Of a DNA stretch of 64,000 nucleotides, positions 60,213 through 64,000 are shown in pieces; position 1 is the first letter of the stretch; each line of letters starts with the position of its first letter. Made by a program: the position numbers and the translations under genes. The stretch covers positions 434,001-498,000 of the forward strand of contig JBDOQK010000016.1 in NCBI GenBank assembly GCA_040437565.1. The letters are read 5' to 3'. The notes beneath the pieces were generated by a model. The model had not been told where the DNA came from. It made no database searches and was given only the letters and a program-made list of their open reading frames with translations. The stretch is from Albugo candida. Lineage: Eukaryota.

Positions 60213-61567
60213 AGAGTTAGTTATACACTCGACGTCCGTTGATATTGCACACTTACATTTTTGGTCGACAGCTCTACGACTTTGGCATGTTGCCCGACCA
60301 TGGTTTGCTCTTGTGGTACTGAAATAAAAAAGTAGTCAAAAGTGGCGAGTATGGGGGATTTTCACAGAAGAATTTATATACTGGCATCAAAGTCATTGAT
60401 TCCTACACCTCAAGCATAGCATTTGGATTACAAATGTAAAAATAACTGGCTGAATCAAAGAGAGCAAGCAATCACCCATTATCTGATTCCTGAAAAAGCT
60501 CAACTCGCCTTTGCGAAATCGAACTACAAGCAACATTACTGTGGCATGATACGTGAGATTGCATGTTTCCTCAGACCTTGTTAAAATTCATTTATGCCCT
60601 ACTTGCCCAAATTCATGCATGTATTTGCATTCTTGGATGAGTTTGATGTTTTGAACAGAAAGAATCCTCGAAAGTGTAAGCGCGATCGTCCTGATTCTCT
60701 CCCTTCAAGTGCAAAAACATATCGAAATGCTACGAGCAGTTACAGCGTAGATGCAATCATAGTCACAAGGACTGGCCACCATGGGAATGGGGCCGCTCCA
60801 ATTGAAGGATATATACCTGTCTGCGAAGAGGAAGGCACCAATAGTTCAGAAGGATGGATTCTGAGGTGCATCCGGTGTGCTCTCAAATCATTTATGGGCT
60901 CGAAAAGAATGGATCAAATGTATTCGATATACTTTTAGTCATCTTGTAGAGGGGTTATTACTGCCTGACTTCATATTCGTGGCAGTTGATAGTAACCTCT
61001 TCTGCATAGTGGACAACTTGATCCAGTGAAGGTGCAGTGTACTATGACAATTAGCGCTGGCAGTCTTACCCTACCTCAATGCTACGACAGGCGAGCTGCC
61101 CGTCTACCTATCAGCACAGAAGCTCGTACTGACTTCTTGTACTTTTGAATTGTGAAATATATTTACTAGGGCTTACTCCTGGCAAATTATATCACTATGA
61201 AAGAGGTACGAGCTGACGGTAATGTATAATCTCAAGACATCTTGCAGGATGCTGACAGTTCGATGTGAAATGCTTTAAACACAGTAATCTGGTACAGCTT
61301 CACCACAAGCAGACAGGTAGACTGGTAGTACTAGCTACAAACTACTGTAACAGATCTATTACACCTTTACATTTACTTATCTCCAAGTCACATTCGTCTT
61401 TTGTCGATCCGCGAGCTCAAATACTAACATCGTCTTTCGACAGGACATCTTTGGTCACTGTGAAGGGATACTAATTAACTGCAGTCTAATTGGCTTAAAC
61501 GCACAATGATAATAACCAGTCATCCGAAGGCTTTACATCAGTACTTGGTTGGCTTCCAGCAAATTGA

Positions 61568-63691
61568 ATGGCCTCCGCGATTCAAGTTTCGCGTCCTGAT
61601 GTGATTGGGAAGCTTCCACAATTACAAAACATGATAAAGCGTGATCCTGAAGCATATAAAACAGAGTTTATGATGCAGTATCGTCATTATGAGAGTGAAT
61701 ATCAGCTATTTGTATTGCAACCTTGCAAAGATTCTGCACACTTTAGCGCTTTAATATCGTTTCTCAGCCACGTCGCAAGATGCTTTCCGACTGAAATGAG
61801 TTCTTTTCCAACGCAATTAGTCTCCATCCTCCGCAATCAGTATCTTGTACTGGATCCACCCCTTCGAAAAACTCTGGTCCAGTCACTTGTTCTCTTATGC
61901 AGTCACAAGCTCATGGACGCGATCGTCTTGCTCAAATTACTTTTCGAATTATTCCGATGCCCAGATAAACGCTTACGTGACTTGGTCCATAAATACATAC
62001 TGGCCGAAATCAGGAAACTCAACGCAAGATCATGCAATATCCAAGTTAATCGTGCGATTCAGAATTTTCTATACGAGATGATTCAAGATGAACATGAACA
62101 AGCAGCCATCAAGTCACTGCAAATAATGATAGAGCTTTATCGGAAACAAATTTGGCACGATACGAAAACTGTAAACGTGATAGTGACGGCTTGTACAAGT
62201 AAGAATACTAAACTCGCAGTGATGGGTATAAAGTTTTTTCTTGGAATGGAATGTGTTGATGAAGAGGAAGTCAAAGCTGATCGAACTGGAGACTCTACTG
62301 TGAAAGTTGATTATCATTCTCACTCAAAGAAAACAAAAAAACGACTTCGTGAAACAAGAAATGCAATCTCAAAAATTCGACGTGCACGTAAAGGTGAAGC
62401 GGGATCCAAGAACAACGTTTTATTCCCCGCAATAGAATTACTAAACGACCCACAAGGCATTATCGAAAAGCAGTTTCGCATGCTGAAAAATTCTATTCAC
62501 CGATTTGAAGTACGATTATTGATGATGAACTTTATCAGCCGAATCATTGGGCATTATAAGCTTATCATGATTCCATTTTATTCACTTGTGCAGCGCTATC
62601 TACAATCTCATCAGCAAAATGTGACCAGTATATTGGCCTACCTTGTGCAAGCTTGTCACGATGACATTCCTCCAGATGAATTATTACAAGTTGTCAAAAG
62701 TATCGCGACAAATTTCATAACAGAAAGATGCTCCTCTGAGGTGATTGCAGTAGGAATGAATGCCTTACGTGAGATTTTCCGAAGAGTACCCCTTCTGCTA
62801 GAGTGTGAGGACATGGAGGTTTTCACATCTGACCTCATCATGTACAGCAAAGCAACGGATAAAGGAGTTGTCATGGCATCCCGTGGTGTCCTCAATTTGA
62901 TCCGAGAGTGTCATCCGACTTTATTGCGACGGAAAGATCGCGGCAAGCACCATGATGGAGCGGCAAGACCCAGACCGTTTGGTGCGTCAACCGCGGTTGA
63001 GGGTGTTGATGGTGCTGATTTGTTGGCTGCCGCGGAAGCATCCGGTCGCTTTTCAAATGTTGAACTTTCTCTGGAAAACAAGTCTGGAAAGAATGAATTG
63101 GAATCAGATGATGAGAGCTGGGTAGATCTTGAAAGTGGAGATGAAGCAGATCACGCATGTAAAAGCAATGAGAGCCAGAGAAACGAAGAAGAACGCCTTG
63201 AAGGTACATCGACAGCTTCAGAAATGATATCCAGCATCACTAAAGTGGATCAGAAGGACCGTATTGATGCTCGTCGTATATTAACCGCCCTAGACTTCGA
63301 AAGGATTGAAATTCTGAAAAAAGAACGCGCGGAAACTTCTCGAGACCCCAAGAATCGCTCGAAAACACGCCAACAAACGAACGAGAATGAACATGCGTTA
63401 GGCTCAAATGCCGTGACTCCGAATGATCTCGAAGGTTATACGAAAAAGCGACGTTTGACTCAAGAAGAAAGACTTCGAAGTATACTTAAAGGTCGTGAAG
63501 ATTTTCAGCACAAACGGTCCAGCGGCGGAACTACTAACACTGAAAAGAAACGACTTAAGCATTTCATGATGATCAAGAAAAGTAGAAGGGTACAATCCAA
63601 AGTGCTGAAATCCGCACGAGAAATTCAACACACGAAAAATCGACTGGTAAAGAAGCAGATAACAAAACTCAAGAAAAGAAGGAAAATATAA
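61568..63691 (+). CDS. SDA1: SDA1 60S ribosome biogenesis protein
   Basis: LPQLQNMIKRDPEAYKTEF, PAIELLNDPQG, AVGMNALREI, LLRRKDRGK, RILTALDFERI, TTNTEKKRLKHFMM. Confidence 0.95.
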   Translation: MASAIQVSRPDVIGKLPQLQNMIKRDPEAYKTEFMMQYRHYESEYQLFVLQPCKDSAHFSALISFLSHVARCFPTEMSSFPTQLVSILRNQYLVLDPPLRKTLVQSLVLLCSHKLMDAIVLLKLLFELFRCPDKRLRDLVHKYILAEIRKLNARSCNIQVNRAIQNFLYEMIQDEHEQAAIKSLQIMIELYRKQIWHDTKTVNVIVTACTSKNTKLAVMGIKFFLGMECVDEEEVKADRTGDSTVKVDYHSHSKKTKKRLRETRNAISKIRRARKGEAGSKNNVLFPAIELLNDPQGIIEKQFRMLKNSIHRFEVRLLMMNFISRIIGHYKLIMIPFYSLVQRYLQSHQQNVTSILAYLVQACHDDIPPDELLQVVKSIATNFITERCSSEVIAVGMNALREIFRRVPLLLECEDMEVFTSDLIMYSKATDKGVVMASRGVLNLIRECHPTLLRRKDRGKHHDGAARPRPFGASTAVEGVDGADLLAAAEASGRFSNVELSLENKSGKNELESDDESWVDLESGDEADHACKSNESQRNEEERLEGTSTASEMISSITKVDQKDRIDARRILTALDFERIEILKKERAETSRDPKNRSKTRQQTNENEHALGSNAVTPNDLEGYTKKRRLTQEERLRSILKGREDFQHKRSSGGTTNTEKKRLKHFMMIKKSRRVQSKVLKSAREIQHTKNRLVKKQITKLKKRRKI

Positions 63692-64000
63692 ACTGATTCA
63701 AACAGACCTTTTGATGCCACGTGAAATCGCGATCAAAGAGCTTCTGACGTCTCGCAAATCATTCGGATCGTCTGGGCATGAACTAGTATCGGCAGATGGA
63801 GCGTTTCCTGCTTGTCTAATGCACTTATATGGCAATCAATACAAGTGTTTTTCTCAAAAGTCGGATAATCCACTCCTTTCGGATGCTACTTCGGAGTAAA
63901 AAGAGTGGATAATTTAAGCATTGCTACTACATCTTGGAGACTAGGGTGCGAGTCATAGCGGTATGTTCTTTACATTTGAAGCATTAGATATCTTCACTCT

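Overview
Compact eukaryotic genomic scaffold with many short (about 50-90 nt) GT-AG introns and closely spaced genes. Gene content and promoter motifs suggest an oomycete, possibly Albugo-like (inference, not verified). Most 100-N gaps are flanked by near-identical direct repeats, so several apparent duplicate genes are probably unmerged contig overlaps. Well-supported genes: glutamate-cysteine ligase, thiamine pyrophosphokinase, ATG2, KEOPS Pcc1, importin alpha, anoctamin, a secreted S1 protease, two tandem CotH-family kinase-like membrane proteins, a MYST acetyltransferase and SDA1. Mobile elements: a decayed DD34E Tc1 element with TIRs and TA target duplication, and a 967-bp non-autonomous TIR element with an 8-bp TSD. 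Most notable observations: (1) a 4-exon gene apparently fusing a Mediator Med19-like domain to a bromodomain; (2) the tandem signal peptide-CotH-EGF-TM pair; (3) a Mid1/FAM155(NALF)-like cysteine-rich secreted protein; (4) an ATRIP-like gene; (5) a His-less trypsin-like protein resembling glucanase inhibitor proteins; (6) three hairpins with a constant loop and covarying stems. All family assignments come from motif recognition by eye; no database searches were run.
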